Counted from the first letter of the stretch, positions 16,959 through 28,066 are shown. The stretch is 64,000 bases of DNA from Pontiella sp. (GCA_050290185.1 JBNKHE010000003.1:96001-160000); one strand, 5' to 3'. A program made the numbers and translations. Notes: generated by a model from the sequence alone, not told the origin.

Positions 16959-18949
16959 AACAGGATGCACTTGCAGGAGTGCGTGTCGCTGAAAGATATT
17001 TCTGCGGGGTAGTCGGCGGAGCATGCTGGCATCGCTTTTGGACAGCGGGGATGAAAATGGCAGCCGGTGGGGGGATGGATCGGAGAGGGAACATCGCCTT
17101 CCAGCACGATCTTCTTCAGCCGGCCTTCCGTTGCCACCTGCGGTGCGGCGGACAAGAGCGCCTGCGTGTAAGGATGCTTCGGGGAATTAAAGATCTCTTC
17201 GGTCGTGCCTTCCTCGACGATGCGGCCGAGATACATGACGGCTACGCGGTCGGCCAGATATTGCACCACGCTCAGATCATGCGTAATGAAGATGTAGGAT
17301 AGATTCAACTCGGACTGGAGGTCCTTGAGTAGATTCAGAATCTGCGCCTGTACCGATACGTCCAGCGCGCTGGTGGCTTCGTCGCAAATCAAGAGTTCCG
17401 GATCGGTGGCGAGGGCGCGGGCCAGCACGATGCGCTGGCGCTGTCCTCCGGAAAATTCGTGGGGGTAGCGGTAGATCATATCCGAACTCAGGCCGACCCG
17501 TTCCAGCAGGGCTTGCGCTTTATCAAGACGCTCTTTCCGCGAGTTCCCGATCCCGTGAACGACCATGCCTTCCGTAATGATTTCGCCGATGGGCTGGCGC
17601 GGATCGAGGCTGGAAAAAGGATCCTGGAAAACAAACTGGATGTTCTGCCGCATTTCCTTCATCGCCCGTTTGTTCAAACCGGCCAGATCCTTCGATTTAA
17701 ACTCAACGCTTCCGCCAGTCGGCTCCAGCAGTTTGATGATGCTTTTACCCACCGTGGTTTTTCCACAGCCGGACTCGCCGACCAGTGCCAGCGTTTCGCC
17801 CTTGTGCAACCGGATGGAAACGCCGTCGACTGCTCTCACGGATCCTCGCGATTTTCCGAAAAAACTTTTTTTTAGCGGGAAGTGCAGTTGTAGATCGGTC
17901 GTTTCAAGGCAAACGATCGAGTGATCCAGCGGGCTTGGCATGGCCGGTTTTCGTGAGATGGGAAGATCCCCGCGGTGATTCGTATCCTTGAAGAGATGGC
18001 ATGCCGCCGTGTGGGTTTCCGAAATGGACAGGCGGGCGGGAGCAACGGTTTTACAAATGTCCATGCGGGCGGGACAGCGATTTTCAAACCGGCACCCGGC
18101 CAGCTCGAGCGTGGCTTTCGGTACCAGTCCTTCAATGGTATCCAGCTTGTCCGTGCGGTTGCTTTGCGAGGGCAGGGCGCGCATCAGTAGTTCGGTATAC
18201 GGATGTGCCGGACGGTTGAACAGCTCCTTGATGGGAGCTTCTTCGACCAGTTTTCCTCCATACATGACGCCCACGCGGTCAGCATTTTCGCGCACGACGC
18301 CCATGTCGTGGGTAATGAGCAGAATGGCGGTGCCCGTTTTTTCCTGCAGTTCTTTCATCAACGTTAGAATCTGCGACTGAATCGTGACATCGAGTGCGGT
18401 GGTCGGTTCGTCGGCAATCAACAGTTTTGGTTTGCAGGCCAGCGCCATGGCAATCATGACGCGTTGCTGCATGCCGCCGGAGAGTTCGTGCGGATAGTTG
18501 TCGATGCGGGCCTTGGGATCGGGGATGCCGACCATCTCGAGCATTTCGATGGAGTGAGCGTGTGCCGCTTTTTTGTCCATGCCCTGATGCAGACGGAACA
18601 CCTCGGCGATCTGCTGGCCCACGGTGAAGACCGGATTGAGCGCGGTCATGGGTTCCTGAAAGATCATCGAGATATCGTTGCCGCGGATGCTGCGCATCTG
18701 TTCGGTGGTGCATCCGATGAGTTCCTGGCCGCAAAAGCGGATACTTCCGCCCTCGATGTATCCAAGACCCTTCGGAAGCAACTGCATGACTGACAGGGCG
18801 GTGACGGACTTGCCGGAACCGGATTCGCCTACCAAAGCGTAGGTTTCGCCGGGGCGGATCGACAAGGAGACGCCGTCAACCGCGCGGGCCGGGTCTTTGT
18901 CGGTGCGGAACCAGGTCCGCAGGTCGGAAATCTCCAGTAGCTGTTCCAC
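16952..18949 (-). CDS. Fused dual-domain oligopeptide ABC ATPase (OppD-OppF-like)
   Basis: Two Walker A ([16 protein letters not shown]), two signatures, HPYT motifs, C-terminal Cys clusters. Confidence 0.95.
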   Translation of the reverse strand: MEQLLEISDLRTWFRTDKDPARAVDGVSLSIRPGETYALVGESGSGKSVTALSVMQLLPKGLGYIEGGSIRFCGQELIGCTTEQMRSIRGNDISMIFQEPMTALNPVFTVGQQIAEVFRLHQGMDKKAAHAHSIEMLEMVGIPDPKARIDNYPHELSGGMQQRVMIAMALACKPKLLIADEPTTALDVTIQSQILTLMKELQEKTGTAILLITHDMGVVRENADRVGVMYGGKLVEEAPIKELFNRPAHPYTELLMRALPSQSNRTDKLDTIEGLVPKATLELAGCRFENRCPARMDICKTVAPARLSISETHTAACHLFKDTNHRGDLPISRKPAMPSPLDHSIVCLETTDLQLHFPLKKSFFGKSRGSVRAVDGVSIRLHKGETLALVGESGCGKTTVGKSIIKLLEPTGGSVEFKSKDLAGLNKRAMKEMRQNIQFVFQDPFSSLDPRQPIGEIITEGMVVHGIGNSRKERLDKAQALLERVGLSSDMIYRYPHEFSGGQRQRIVLARALATDPELLICDEATSALDVSVQAQILNLLKDLQSELNLSYIFITHDLSVVQYLADRVAVMYLGRIVEEGTTEEIFNSPKHPYTQALLSAAPQVATEGRLKKIVLEGDVPSPIHPPTGCHFHPRCPKAMPACSADYPAEISFSDTHSCKCILFK

Positions 18950-19821
18950 TACGACCGTCCTTTCGAAAAGCGGGGATCGAGCGCATCGCGCAGTCCATCA
19001 CCGAGGAAATTCATGGAAAAGAGGGTTATGGAAAAGACTGCGGCGGGTGCTATCAACAGCCATGGGTAGGTTTCCATGACGGCCGCGCCATCCTTGATCA
19101 GTACGCCCCACGAGCACATGGGTGGACGGATGCCAAGCCCCAGGAAGCTAAGGAAGGTTTCCATGAGCATGACGTGCGGGATGGTGAGAGTGGTGTAGAC
19201 AATAACGATGCCCATCACATTGGGAATAATGTGCTTTGCTATGATGCGCCGGTGCGAGGAGCCGATGGCGATGGCCGACTCGACAAAGGCCTGCTGGCGC
19301 AGCGCCATAACTTGGCCGCGTATGATTCGCGCCATGACCAACCACGAGATTGCGCCTATGGCCCCGAAGAGCAGCATGAAATTGCGTCCGAATACGACCA
19401 TGAGGATGATGACCAGGATGGTGAAGGGAATCGTGTATAGAACGTCCACGATACGCATCATGACGGCATCGACGCGGCCGCCGACATATCCGGAGATCGC
19501 GCCGTATGGAACCCCGATCAGCAGGGACACGAGGGTTGCACAGATGCCGACAAGGAACGACGTGCGGCCGCCATACAGGATCCGGGTTAACTGGTCGCGG
19601 CCCAGCGTATCCGTTCCCAGCCAGTGTTCGGCCGAGGGCTTCAGGCTTTGGAGTTCGAGGTTTTGCTCGCTGTAGGTGTAGGGGGTCAGCCACGGGGCGG
19701 CAATCGAAGCCGTGATGAGAATGATCAGAATCACCAGACCAATCATGGCGGCCCGGTTTTTTCGGAGCTGTTTCCAGGCATCGGTCCACAGCGAGCTTTT
19801 ATGGGGATGGCCTTTCGTCAT
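18949..19821 (-). CDS. oppC: Oligopeptide ABC permease OppC
   Basis: HWLGTDTLGRD, EAA-like FVESAIAIG, FLGDGLRDALDP. Confidence 0.92.
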   Translation of the reverse strand: MTKGHPHKSSLWTDAWKQLRKNRAAMIGLVILIILITASIAAPWLTPYTYSEQNLELQSLKPSAEHWLGTDTLGRDQLTRILYGGRTSFLVGICATLVSLLIGVPYGAISGYVGGRVDAVMMRIVDVLYTIPFTILVIILMVVFGRNFMLLFGAIGAISWLVMARIIRGQVMALRQQAFVESAIAIGSSHRRIIAKHIIPNVMGIVIVYTTLTIPHVMLMETFLSFLGLGIRPPMCSWGVLIKDGAAVMETYPWLLIAPAAVFSITLFSMNFLGDGLRDALDPRFSKGRS

Positions 19822-20738
19822 GCGTGCATCCTCAGTTTGGGGTTCAGCATGCCTAGCAGTATGTCGACGATGGCGTTGAATACTACGACCAGCGCCGCAA
19901 AGAATACAACCAGTCCCAAGATCAGCGTGTAGTCGCGGTTGAAGGCCGCCAGCACGAACATGCGTCCCATGCCAGGAATGTTGAAAATGCTTTCCACCAC
20001 GAACGATCCGGTCAGGATACCGGCTGTGGCCGGGCCGAGATAGGAGACGACGGGAAGAATCGCGTTTTTCAGGGCATGCCTGAATACGACATTGGCCTCC
20101 GACAATCCTTTGGCGCGGGCGGTGCGGATATAGTCGGAAGGCAGCACTTCGAGCATGCTTCCACGGGTGAGGCGCGAGATGTAGGCCGCATACGCCGAAC
20201 CCAGCGTAATGACCGGCAGGACGCGGTCGATGGGATAGTCCCACCCCGAAGCGTTGAACCAGTGCAGCCATAGGCCGAAGATGAGAATCAGAATCGGGCC
20301 CAGCACGAAGGACGGCATGCAGATGCCGGTCATGGCCAATCCCATCGGGAGGTGGTCCTGTGCGCTGTTGGGCTTGAGCGATGCAACGACACCTGCCAGC
20401 AGGCCGATGAAAAGGGCATAGAGCATGGCCATCGCACCGAGCTCGACCGATACCGGAAAGGTTTCCTTGATGATGTCGTTGACCGTGTGGCTTGGATATT
20501 GAAACGAAGGGCCTAGCTCGCCCTTAATCACGTTGAGCATGTAGTGGCCGTACTGGACCATCAGGGGCTTGTCCAGTCCGTAGTGCTCGTTGAGCCGGGC
20601 GATGGCCTCGGCCGAGTATTCCTTTTCAGCGGTAAAGGGTCCGCCGGGAGCGAGGCGTACCATGAAGAAGACGATTGTGATCGAGACGAACAGTACCAGG
20701 ATCAGCTCAAGCAATCGTTTTAGGATGAATTTTAGCAT
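19818..20738 (-). CDS. oppB: Oligopeptide ABC permease OppB
   Basis: APGGPF, YGLDKPL, YIRTARAKGL, RHALKNA, NRDYT. Confidence 0.93.
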   Translation of the reverse strand: MLKFILKRLLELILVLFVSITIVFFMVRLAPGGPFTAEKEYSAEAIARLNEHYGLDKPLMVQYGHYMLNVIKGELGPSFQYPSHTVNDIIKETFPVSVELGAMAMLYALFIGLLAGVVASLKPNSAQDHLPMGLAMTGICMPSFVLGPILILIFGLWLHWFNASGWDYPIDRVLPVITLGSAYAAYISRLTRGSMLEVLPSDYIRTARAKGLSEANVVFRHALKNAILPVVSYLGPATAGILTGSFVVESIFNIPGMGRMFVLAAFNRDYTLILGLVVFFAALVVVFNAIVDILLGMLNPKLRMHA

Positions 20739-20745
20739 GGATGGA

Positions 20746-22353
20746 CTATTCGCTTTCGAGATGGATGTATTTATAGGGGTGGTGGTCCAGTATGGAGGCA
20801 TTCCAGCCCTTGACCGAGCACTGCACCAACGACCGGCTTGGGAGGAATAGAAGGGGAATCAGTGGCTGCTCGTCAATCAGGATCGTTTCCGCATTTTGGT
20901 AGAGCTGGTTTCGTTCCTTGGCGTCGGCTGTCATCGAAGCCTGCGCGACCAATGCATCGTAGTCCGCAGAGGACCAGTCCACGTGGTTGTTGCCCCCGCC
21001 TGTCAGCCAGACATCGAGGAAAGAAGAGGGATCGACGTAGTCCGCGACCCACTCGGCCCGGGCAATGCCGAACTGCCGGTCCTTACGGCGGGCTTGGTAG
21101 GCCTTCCATTCGACATTGTCGAGCTCGATGTCGATCCCTAGGTTTGCCTGCCACATCTGCTGGATGACTTCCGCGATGCGGGTATGCAGATCTGAGGTAT
21201 GAAACAACAGGCTCAGCTTGGGGAATCCTTCGCCGTTCGGATAGCCGGCCTCGGCCAGCAAGCGTTGCGCTTCCGCAATATCGGTTGAGAAGAGTCGGGG
21301 TGGTTCATAGTCGCCGGTGTGGGGCGGTGTGAAGGAATAGGCGGGCGTCTCGCCGGCCTTGGTGACAAACGAGGCCAACTTGTCGCGGTCGATGGCCATG
21401 GCGAGCGCCTTGCGGACGCGGACATCGTCTAGCGGTGGCTGGTGGACGTTAAGCAGGTAGTAGTAGGAGCGCAGGTAGGGCGCAATCTGCAACAGCTCGG
21501 GATGCATGTCCCGGTAGTATTGTACGCGGTCAGAGGGCACGGTACCAGTAATGTGCAGCTGTCCGGCGCGGAACGAACGCTCTTCGATCATGTGGTCGCC
21601 GATCGGATGGAAATGGATCTCGTTCAACCGGACGGTCGCGGCATCCCAGTAGAGCGGATTCTTCTCCACCACGATGGAATGGTTTTGCTTCCACGACTTG
21701 AGGGAAAACGGACCGTTGCCGACAAAGCTGCCCGGTCGTGTCCATGGAGTGCCCAGCTCATCGATCTTTCCATGGGCTAGAATGGTCGGCGGGTGGACCG
21801 GATACCACGACCAGTGGTTCAATTGCGACAGGAACGAAGGCGTTGGCTGTTCGAGCGTTAGTTGCAGGGTGTGCGGATCGAGGGCTTTTGCACCGACCTG
21901 TTCGAAATCCGTTGTCTCACCCAGGTTGAATGCCTTCCCGTTCTTAAGCACATGAAGCATGTAGGCGTAGGGGCTTCCCAATGCGGGCGAGAGGATGCGC
22001 CGGTAGGAAAAGACAAAGTCGTCCGCGGTTACCGGATCGCCGTTCGACCACTTGGCATCCTCGCGAATCTTGAAGGTGTATACCGTTTGATCGACCGAAA
22101 CAGTCCAGCTTTCGGCAGCGCCCGGTACCGGCTTCAGCGACGGATCGTTCGGGTCTTCGGAAACGAGGCCTTCGAGCAGGGCGGCGATCACATTGTAGGC
22201 CGAGAGACCGGTGACAACATGGGGGTCGAGATCCTTCGGTTCGGACAGGTTGCCCAGATGCAGGACCTGTTCGCGGTTGCCGGTTTCGACCGGCGTTTCG
22301 CGGTGGCCGCATCCGGCGAGCAAGAGGATGGAGAGGAGAAGGAACCTATTCAT
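20746..22353 (-). CDS. oppA: Oligopeptide-binding lipoprotein, copy 2
   Basis: Lipobox LAGC; EPKDLDP, KWSNGDPVTADDF, GNGPF. Confidence 0.92.
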   Translation of the reverse strand: MNRFLLLSILLLAGCGHRETPVETGNREQVLHLGNLSEPKDLDPHVVTGLSAYNVIAALLEGLVSEDPNDPSLKPVPGAAESWTVSVDQTVYTFKIREDAKWSNGDPVTADDFVFSYRRILSPALGSPYAYMLHVLKNGKAFNLGETTDFEQVGAKALDPHTLQLTLEQPTPSFLSQLNHWSWYPVHPPTILAHGKIDELGTPWTRPGSFVGNGPFSLKSWKQNHSIVVEKNPLYWDAATVRLNEIHFHPIGDHMIEERSFRAGQLHITGTVPSDRVQYYRDMHPELLQIAPYLRSYYYLLNVHQPPLDDVRVRKALAMAIDRDKLASFVTKAGETPAYSFTPPHTGDYEPPRLFSTDIAEAQRLLAEAGYPNGEGFPKLSLLFHTSDLHTRIAEVIQQMWQANLGIDIELDNVEWKAYQARRKDRQFGIARAEWVADYVDPSSFLDVWLTGGGNNHVDWSSADYDALVAQASMTADAKERNQLYQNAETILIDEQPLIPLLFLPSRSLVQCSVKGWNASILDHHPYKYIHLESE

Positions 22354-23962
22354 TGGCTTCGAGATGGAGATACTGGTACGGGTGCTTGTCCAGCGGGTTG
22401 GCATTCCAGTTCTTGACTGACGGCTGCACCAGCGCCTTTTCGCGGTAGTAGTAGATCGGAACAATCGGAACCTCTTTCACCAGAACCTCTTCCGCCTGCT
22501 GAAAAAGGGCGTTTCGCTTTTCGGGATTCATTTCGCATCCGGCGGCTGCGAGGAGTTCGTCATATTGGGTGTTGGACCAGCCGGCATCGTTGTTGCCGCC
22601 CCCCGTGAGGTAGCATTCAAGGAAAGTGGATGGATCGATATAGTCGCCGATCCAGCTGGCACGGGCCACGTCGAACTTATGATCGTTCTTCATGGCGAGA
22701 TAGGTCTTCCACTCCATGTTCTGCAACTGCACATCAATGTTCAGCGTTTCCTTCCAGAGTTGCTGGACCACCTCGGCGATGGCCGCATGGGCCTTGTGGG
22801 TGTTGTAGAGCAGTTCGGTTTTGGGGAAGCCTTTGCCGTTGGGGTAGCCGGCCTCGGCCAGAAGCTTTCGAGCCTTGGCCAAATTGAACTCGATTTGGGC
22901 CGTGGAGGTGTAGCCCGCAGTATTCGGCGGCGTCAGGCAGTAGGCGGGCTTTTCGCCAGCCTTGCAGACATACTTCGTGATCTTCTCGCGATCAAGCGCC
23001 ATCGCAAGTGCCTGGCGAACCCGGACGTCGTCGAACGGCGGTTTGGTGGTGTTGAATTCATAGAAGTATGTCCCAAGCCAGTCTTCGAGCCGGATGAGTT
23101 CGGGATGGTTTTCACGGTAGTATTGGATGCGGTCGAGCGGGCATTCCTTGGTGATGTGCAGCTGTCCGGTACGAAAGGCGCGCTCCTCGGCAACGGGATC
23201 ATCAATCGTATAGAAGTGGATCTCGTTCAGTCGTACGGATTTGGCATTCCAGTAGTAGGGGTTGCGGACGGTCTTCACCTTGCGGTTGGGCTGCCAGTAT
23301 TCCAGCATGAACGGGCCGTTACCGACCAGGTTGCCGGTATGTGTCCATTTCGTGTGGAGTTCGTCGATGCGGCCAAACTTGAGGATGGTTGCTTGATGTA
23401 CCGGGTAGGCCGAACGGTCGCGCACGAGACGGAGGAAGTAGGGGGTCGGTGCCCTAAGGGTAAACTGCAGCGTATGGTCGTCGAGCGCCTTCACCCCCAC
23501 CTGCTCGAAATCGGTGATCTCCCCCTTGGTGTAGGCCTCCGCATTTGTAATGACATAATGCATGTAGGCATACTGTGCGGAGAGTGCGGGCGAAAAGAGG
23601 CGCCGGTAGGAAAAGACGAAGTCATGGGCCGTGAGCGGATCGCCGTTGGACCATCGGGCTTCGGGGCGCAAATGGAAGGTATACACCATGCCGTCGTCGG
23701 AAATGTCCCAGCTCTCCGCCACGCCCGGCGCCGGATCGGTGTTGCCGGGACGCCAAGCAACCAATCCTTCGAACAAGGCATCCTGAATGCGGGATTCGGG
23801 GCTGCCGGTGGTGGTCTGCGGATCGAGATCCTGCGGCTCCGAGCCCGCATTGATATGCAGGATCTGTTCGCGGTTCCCGATTTCAACCGGTGTTTCGCGG
23901 CGGGAACAGCCGAAAAGAAGAAGCAGGGAGCAGGCGAACGGGATGAAAGGTTTTTTCATCAT
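22346..23962 (-). CDS. oppA: Oligopeptide-binding lipoprotein, copy 1
   Basis: Lipobox LFGC; EPQDLDP, RWSNGDPLTAHDF, GNGPF; tandem paralog. Confidence 0.92.
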   Translation of the reverse strand: MMKKPFIPFACSLLLLFGCSRRETPVEIGNREQILHINAGSEPQDLDPQTTTGSPESRIQDALFEGLVAWRPGNTDPAPGVAESWDISDDGMVYTFHLRPEARWSNGDPLTAHDFVFSYRRLFSPALSAQYAYMHYVITNAEAYTKGEITDFEQVGVKALDDHTLQFTLRAPTPYFLRLVRDRSAYPVHQATILKFGRIDELHTKWTHTGNLVGNGPFMLEYWQPNRKVKTVRNPYYWNAKSVRLNEIHFYTIDDPVAEERAFRTGQLHITKECPLDRIQYYRENHPELIRLEDWLGTYFYEFNTTKPPFDDVRVRQALAMALDREKITKYVCKAGEKPAYCLTPPNTAGYTSTAQIEFNLAKARKLLAEAGYPNGKGFPKTELLYNTHKAHAAIAEVVQQLWKETLNIDVQLQNMEWKTYLAMKNDHKFDVARASWIGDYIDPSTFLECYLTGGGNNDAGWSNTQYDELLAAAGCEMNPEKRNALFQQAEEVLVKEVPIVPIYYYREKALVQPSVKNWNANPLDKHPYQYLHLEANE

Positions 23963-23971
23963 GAGCGGATC

Positions 23972-25954
23972 CTAGTTCACTTCTACGGGTTGGTTCAGCC
24001 AGGCCGCGAACGGCTCGAAGCTGTAGGGACGTCCGAGGAAATCCTCAACGAGATCGGAAGCGTCCTTGGAGCCTCCGGGCGAGAGAATGAAGGTGCGGTA
24101 GTCGTTCGCTGTTTTTTTATTCAGCATCCCTTCCTTCTCGAAGCGGGTGAACATATCCTTGGCGATCACCTGGGACCACATGTAGGTGCAATACATCGAT
24201 CCGTAGCCCACCAGGTGGCCGAAGTTTGCATACATGTGCGTATCCGGGACATGTTTGAACATGGAATATTCGTCCTGTAGTCCATCCATGGTTTTGGCCA
24301 GGTTGAGATCCGCCGGGTCGCAGTTGTAGATGGTCATTGAGGTGGCGGCGTAGAACATCTGGTGGGTTGCAAAAAGGCCGGTGCCGAATTCCTTGGCCGC
24401 GACCATGCTTTCCACCATTTCGGGCGGGATCGTTTGGCCTTCCTTGTTCATGGCCAGCATCTTCAGTGTTTCCGCGTTCCAGACCCACTCTTCCAGCATC
24501 TGCGACGGGGCTTCAACAAAGTCGCGTTCCGTCGCGATACCGGAGAAGCGGATCCATTGTTGATTTCCGGAAAAAAGGTGATGCAGCAGATGCCCGAATT
24601 CATGCAGGAAGGTTTCCACCTGCGCATGTTCCATTAGTTCGGTCTCGTCGTCCTGTCCGGGAAAGTTGCAGATCAGTGCCGAAACCGGTAGCTGACGGCC
24701 GCTCAGTCCGACCTGTAGGTCAAAGTGCGCCGCATGCTTGTACTTGTTTTCTCTCGGATGCAAATCAAGGTAGAAGCGGCCGATCACGGTATCTCCATCG
24801 AGCATCTCGTAGGCTTGGACGGATGGGTCCCAGATCGGGGTGTTCCAGGGGCGGAAGGTTACGCCGTAAAGGGACGAGGTCAGTTTAAAGATGCCATCGC
24901 GCACATGGCCGAACTGGAAATAGCTCCGGATCTTTTTGGCATCCACATTAAACTGTTCCTCGCGGATCAACTCCTCCAGATAGGTTTTCTGCCAGTCGCC
25001 GACTTCCGTCGCGGCCGGGTCGATCTGCTGGAGGCGTTTTAGCAGAATAGCATACTCCGCTTCGGCGCGCGGCCGCGCTCCGGCCTCCACATCATCGATA
25101 AACTTGAGGACGGTCGGAACATCCTTCACCATCTTCGTTTCGGTCTCGTATTCCGCGTAGTTTTTGTAGCCGATCAAATTGGCCAGTTCATAGCGCTTGA
25201 TCAGGATGTCCTTCAGCACGTTGTCGTTGATGGGATTGGCGCGGTTCTTGAATTCCTTGTAGAGCGCCAGCCGCGCTGCGTCGTTTTTCGCATAGCGGCT
25301 AAAGGGGATGTAGTCGGGATAATCCGTTGTTATCTTGATTTCGCCGTTTTCATCGGGCTGGTGCGCCGCGATGTAATCTTCCGGCAGGCCGGCAAGATCA
25401 TTCGTAGAGGTCAGGGTGATGCTGCGGACATCCTGACGGACATTCAGGGAAAATTGCTGACCCAGTTCAGTCAGCTCATTGTTCAATTCCTTGATGCGCT
25501 TCAGGACATCGTCCGGTTGGTCTACGCCGCTGCGGCGGAAATCGCGCAGGGTGTGCTCCAGATATCGCTTGGTCTGCGCATCGGCCTGGGAAACATCCAC
25601 CGCCTTGCATGCTTCATAAAGAGGCCGGGACAGGCTGATTTCATTGTACAGTTTTGTGATTTCCTTCTGCTGGTTTTCAGCAATGTCGCGAATCTCCTGC
25701 GAAGGATGTACATTATAAAACAGGGATGCTTTGCTGGCGCTATTGGCCAGTATCCGTTCCATTTCGTTTAGCGGAATCAGTACGGATTCAAAGGTCTTTG
25801 CTCCGTCGAGTTTTTCCAGCTTCCGGAAGATTTCTTCAGACTGGGACAACTCTTGTTTGCATTCTTCGCGGTAGTTTTCAGCGACACCATCGCCATAGGT
25901 CAACGCTGCTGAAATCATGATTAAAACTCCGGTAAGCGATGTGGAAATTCTCAT
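23972..25954 (-). CDS. M3A metallo-oligopeptidase (thimet-like) with signal peptide
   Basis: HEFGH, DFVEAPSQMLEEW, FYLDLHPRENKY, FLGRP; SD GAGG before ATG 25954. Confidence 0.92.
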   Translation of the reverse strand: MRISTSLTGVLIMISAALTYGDGVAENYREECKQELSQSEEIFRKLEKLDGAKTFESVLIPLNEMERILANSASKASLFYNVHPSQEIRDIAENQQKEITKLYNEISLSRPLYEACKAVDVSQADAQTKRYLEHTLRDFRRSGVDQPDDVLKRIKELNNELTELGQQFSLNVRQDVRSITLTSTNDLAGLPEDYIAAHQPDENGEIKITTDYPDYIPFSRYAKNDAARLALYKEFKNRANPINDNVLKDILIKRYELANLIGYKNYAEYETETKMVKDVPTVLKFIDDVEAGARPRAEAEYAILLKRLQQIDPAATEVGDWQKTYLEELIREEQFNVDAKKIRSYFQFGHVRDGIFKLTSSLYGVTFRPWNTPIWDPSVQAYEMLDGDTVIGRFYLDLHPRENKYKHAAHFDLQVGLSGRQLPVSALICNFPGQDDETELMEHAQVETFLHEFGHLLHHLFSGNQQWIRFSGIATERDFVEAPSQMLEEWVWNAETLKMLAMNKEGQTIPPEMVESMVAAKEFGTGLFATHQMFYAATSMTIYNCDPADLNLAKTMDGLQDEYSMFKHVPDTHMYANFGHLVGYGSMYCTYMWSQVIAKDMFTRFEKEGMLNKKTANDYRTFILSPGGSKDASDLVEDFLGRPYSFEPFAAWLNQPVEVN

Positions 25955-26111
25955 TAATACCTCACGTTTAAACTGCGACATAAACAATGAGCAAGTTATG
26001 CCCTCTATGAGGGATGGAGTCAAGAAACAGCGTTGTTGCGCCATCCAGTGATTCACATTGGACTGTGAGGTAGTCATTTTCTGCTCGCTCATGCGGGCAA
26101 GGAGGGCCATC

Positions 26112-26140
26112 TTGACAAAATATCCGCCTTCCGCTAACAC
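26112..26140 (+). promoter_or_regulatory. Putative sigma70 promoter for the MFS gene
   Basis: TTGACA-N17-TAACAC. Confidence 0.35.
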
Positions 26141-26258
26141 CTTCGGTTAGCATGTAACAACTTTTCCAGAATGGCCTCTCCGGTGCGCGTGCACAATCGC
26201 CTGAACGCGATTTCCTGTCTGCCGCCCGTAAAAGTCAGGAATACTTGATGAGTAATGT

Positions 26259-27635
26259 ATGAACATATTCAAAGCCAAACCATTAAACCTCTCCGACAAC
26301 TTCATTCTTAAAGTCCTGGTCCTCTGTGCCATGTATGTTGCGCAGGGAGTTACGCATGGATTTATCACGACAACCTTGGTTTATCACCTGACCGACAAGG
26401 GACTGGAAAGCGATGCGATCGGGGGGATGATGGCGATCGCATCCTATCCGTGGGCGATCAAATGGGTGTGGGGGCCCATTATCGACCGTTTCACCTTTCC
26501 GGCTATGGGCCGCCGCCGGCCATGGATCATTGGCGCACAACTGATGATGTCCGCCACGATGTTTTTACTGCTGTTAATCGGGGATATGACCTCAAGCATG
26601 CGCGCTGTGGCGTGGATTATCTTCCTCCACAACATTTTTAAATCGATCCAGGATGTTTCGGTGGATGCGCTGGCGGTGGATGTGATCGAGGAGTCGCAAC
26701 GCGGGAAAATAAACGGGCTCATGTATGGCTGCAGCTATGTAGGCGCCATGTTTGGGACCGCCTTCACATTTATTATGACGCGGGCCGGAATGGATGCTGC
26801 GCTGCTGACCATGATCGGTATTCTTTTTCTCATCATGCTCCTTCCGGTTTTTGTCCGGGAACGTGCGGGCGAAAAGCTGCTGCCATGGACTGCGGGGGAG
26901 GCGCAGCTAACCGGTTCGAACGCGATTGTATCATCCTCAAGGGAGCTTTTTTTATCGCTCCGCAAGGCCTTTTCTTTACGGTCGAGCATATGCACCGGGA
27001 TTTTGGCAGTGCTCATCTACATCGCGATCACGGTCATGGTGCCGCTGGATGCCATTCTCAGGATGAAAAAGTTGGGTTACAGCGCGGATTTCTTGGCACA
27101 GCTCGGCATCATTGAAACAGTGACTGCCATGGCCGGTGCCATGGGAGGGGGCTTTGTTGCCGATAAAATCGGCCACAAGAAATCAATTGTCATTTGTCTT
27201 TCAAGCCTGAGCTTTTTCTGGGCAGCCAACGGCTTCCTGTCATCGCTATGGTTCAGCAAAACCTACATGTATGTTCTGACCGCGGTGCCCGGCCTTTTAA
27301 CCGGTTTTATGGCGACAAGCTATTTCTCCCTAGCGATGGATGTTTCATGGAAGAAGGTGGCGGGCAGCCAGTTTTCCTCCTATATGGCCCTCATGAATCT
27401 TTCCATGGTGATCGCCTACAAATTGTCCTCTCCGCTGGAATCGTTCTGTACCCGGCTGGTCGGCGGTTCGGTTGGTGACTTTCTTCGCGGGTTGGGATGC
27501 TTCCAACACGATGAGGTGACGCCATATGCCATCATCTACATCTTTATGGCACTCTTCCATATCGTGGTTCTCGTTCCGCTACTGCTCATCGATCCGCATC
27601 AGGCACGAAATGCGTTCGGTGTAGAGGAAACATAA
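26259..27635 (+). CDS. AmpG-like (PAT family) MFS transporter
   Basis: YVAQG, PWAIKWVWGPIID, GRRRPW, QDVSVDALAV, QFSSYMALMN. Confidence 0.88.
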   Translation: MNIFKAKPLNLSDNFILKVLVLCAMYVAQGVTHGFITTTLVYHLTDKGLESDAIGGMMAIASYPWAIKWVWGPIIDRFTFPAMGRRRPWIIGAQLMMSATMFLLLLIGDMTSSMRAVAWIIFLHNIFKSIQDVSVDALAVDVIEESQRGKINGLMYGCSYVGAMFGTAFTFIMTRAGMDAALLTMIGILFLIMLLPVFVRERAGEKLLPWTAGEAQLTGSNAIVSSSRELFLSLRKAFSLRSSICTGILAVLIYIAITVMVPLDAILRMKKLGYSADFLAQLGIIETVTAMAGAMGGGFVADKIGHKKSIVICLSSLSFFWAANGFLSSLWFSKTYMYVLTAVPGLLTGFMATSYFSLAMDVSWKKVAGSQFSSYMALMNLSMVIAYKLSSPLESFCTRLVGGSVGDFLRGLGCFQHDEVTPYAIIYIFMALFHIVVLVPLLLIDPHQARNAFGVEET

Positions 27636-27681
27636 CCCCGCATGCGTCGCCACTTCGCGCAATTGGAGCATTATCCCAAAT

Positions 27682-27955
27682 GATCCGGGTTTGCTGTGGC
27701 CGGTGAGCCTGTTTTCGCATTGGATGTATCCGTTCAATCCGAAATTCCCGAACTGCTCAAGAAGCTGCGCTCCACGCACAATCTGGCTTTTCTCTTCATC
27801 AGTCATGACCTCGCCGTGGTCTGAAATGTATGCGACCGTGTGGCGGTGATGTATGACGGTGAAATCGTTGAAACCGGTGCCGTGGCCGATGTTATCGACG
27901 ATCCGCAGCACGAATATACCCGCAAGCTCTCCTCGCCGCCGTCCCTTCGTTTTAA
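27682..27955 (+). pseudogene. 3' remnant of a peptide ABC ATPase (OppF/DppF-like)
   Basis: DPGLL/fs/[16 protein letters not shown]...[25 protein letters not shown]...PQHEYTRKL; in-frame TGA 27822-27824, frameshifts, no 5' part. Confidence 0.85.
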
Positions 27956-28010
27956 CCGGGACGGGCAGGATACGAAGTCTGCGGCAGGGTCCCCTGAATC
28001 GATTTTAAGC

Positions 28011-28050
28011 AAAAAAAAACACCCCGCTATCGACGGGGTGTTTTGCTTTT
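28011..28050. terminator. Bidirectional terminator
   Basis: AAAAAAAACACCCCG-CTATCGA-CGGGGTGTTTT. Confidence 0.8.
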
Positions 28051-28066
28051 CAACGAAAGGGATGGA

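Noticed and set aside
18949..20271. N-terminally extended ORF-track versions of oppC (also polA, M3 peptidase, degP, DUF1800, cysS, aroQ)
   Set aside because: The extensions overlap neighbouring genes or promoters; family homology starts at the downstream ATG.
27822..27824. In-frame TGA as selenocysteine or recoding
   Set aside because: The position corresponds to a non-catalytic residue, and the fragment has other lesions and no 5' half.
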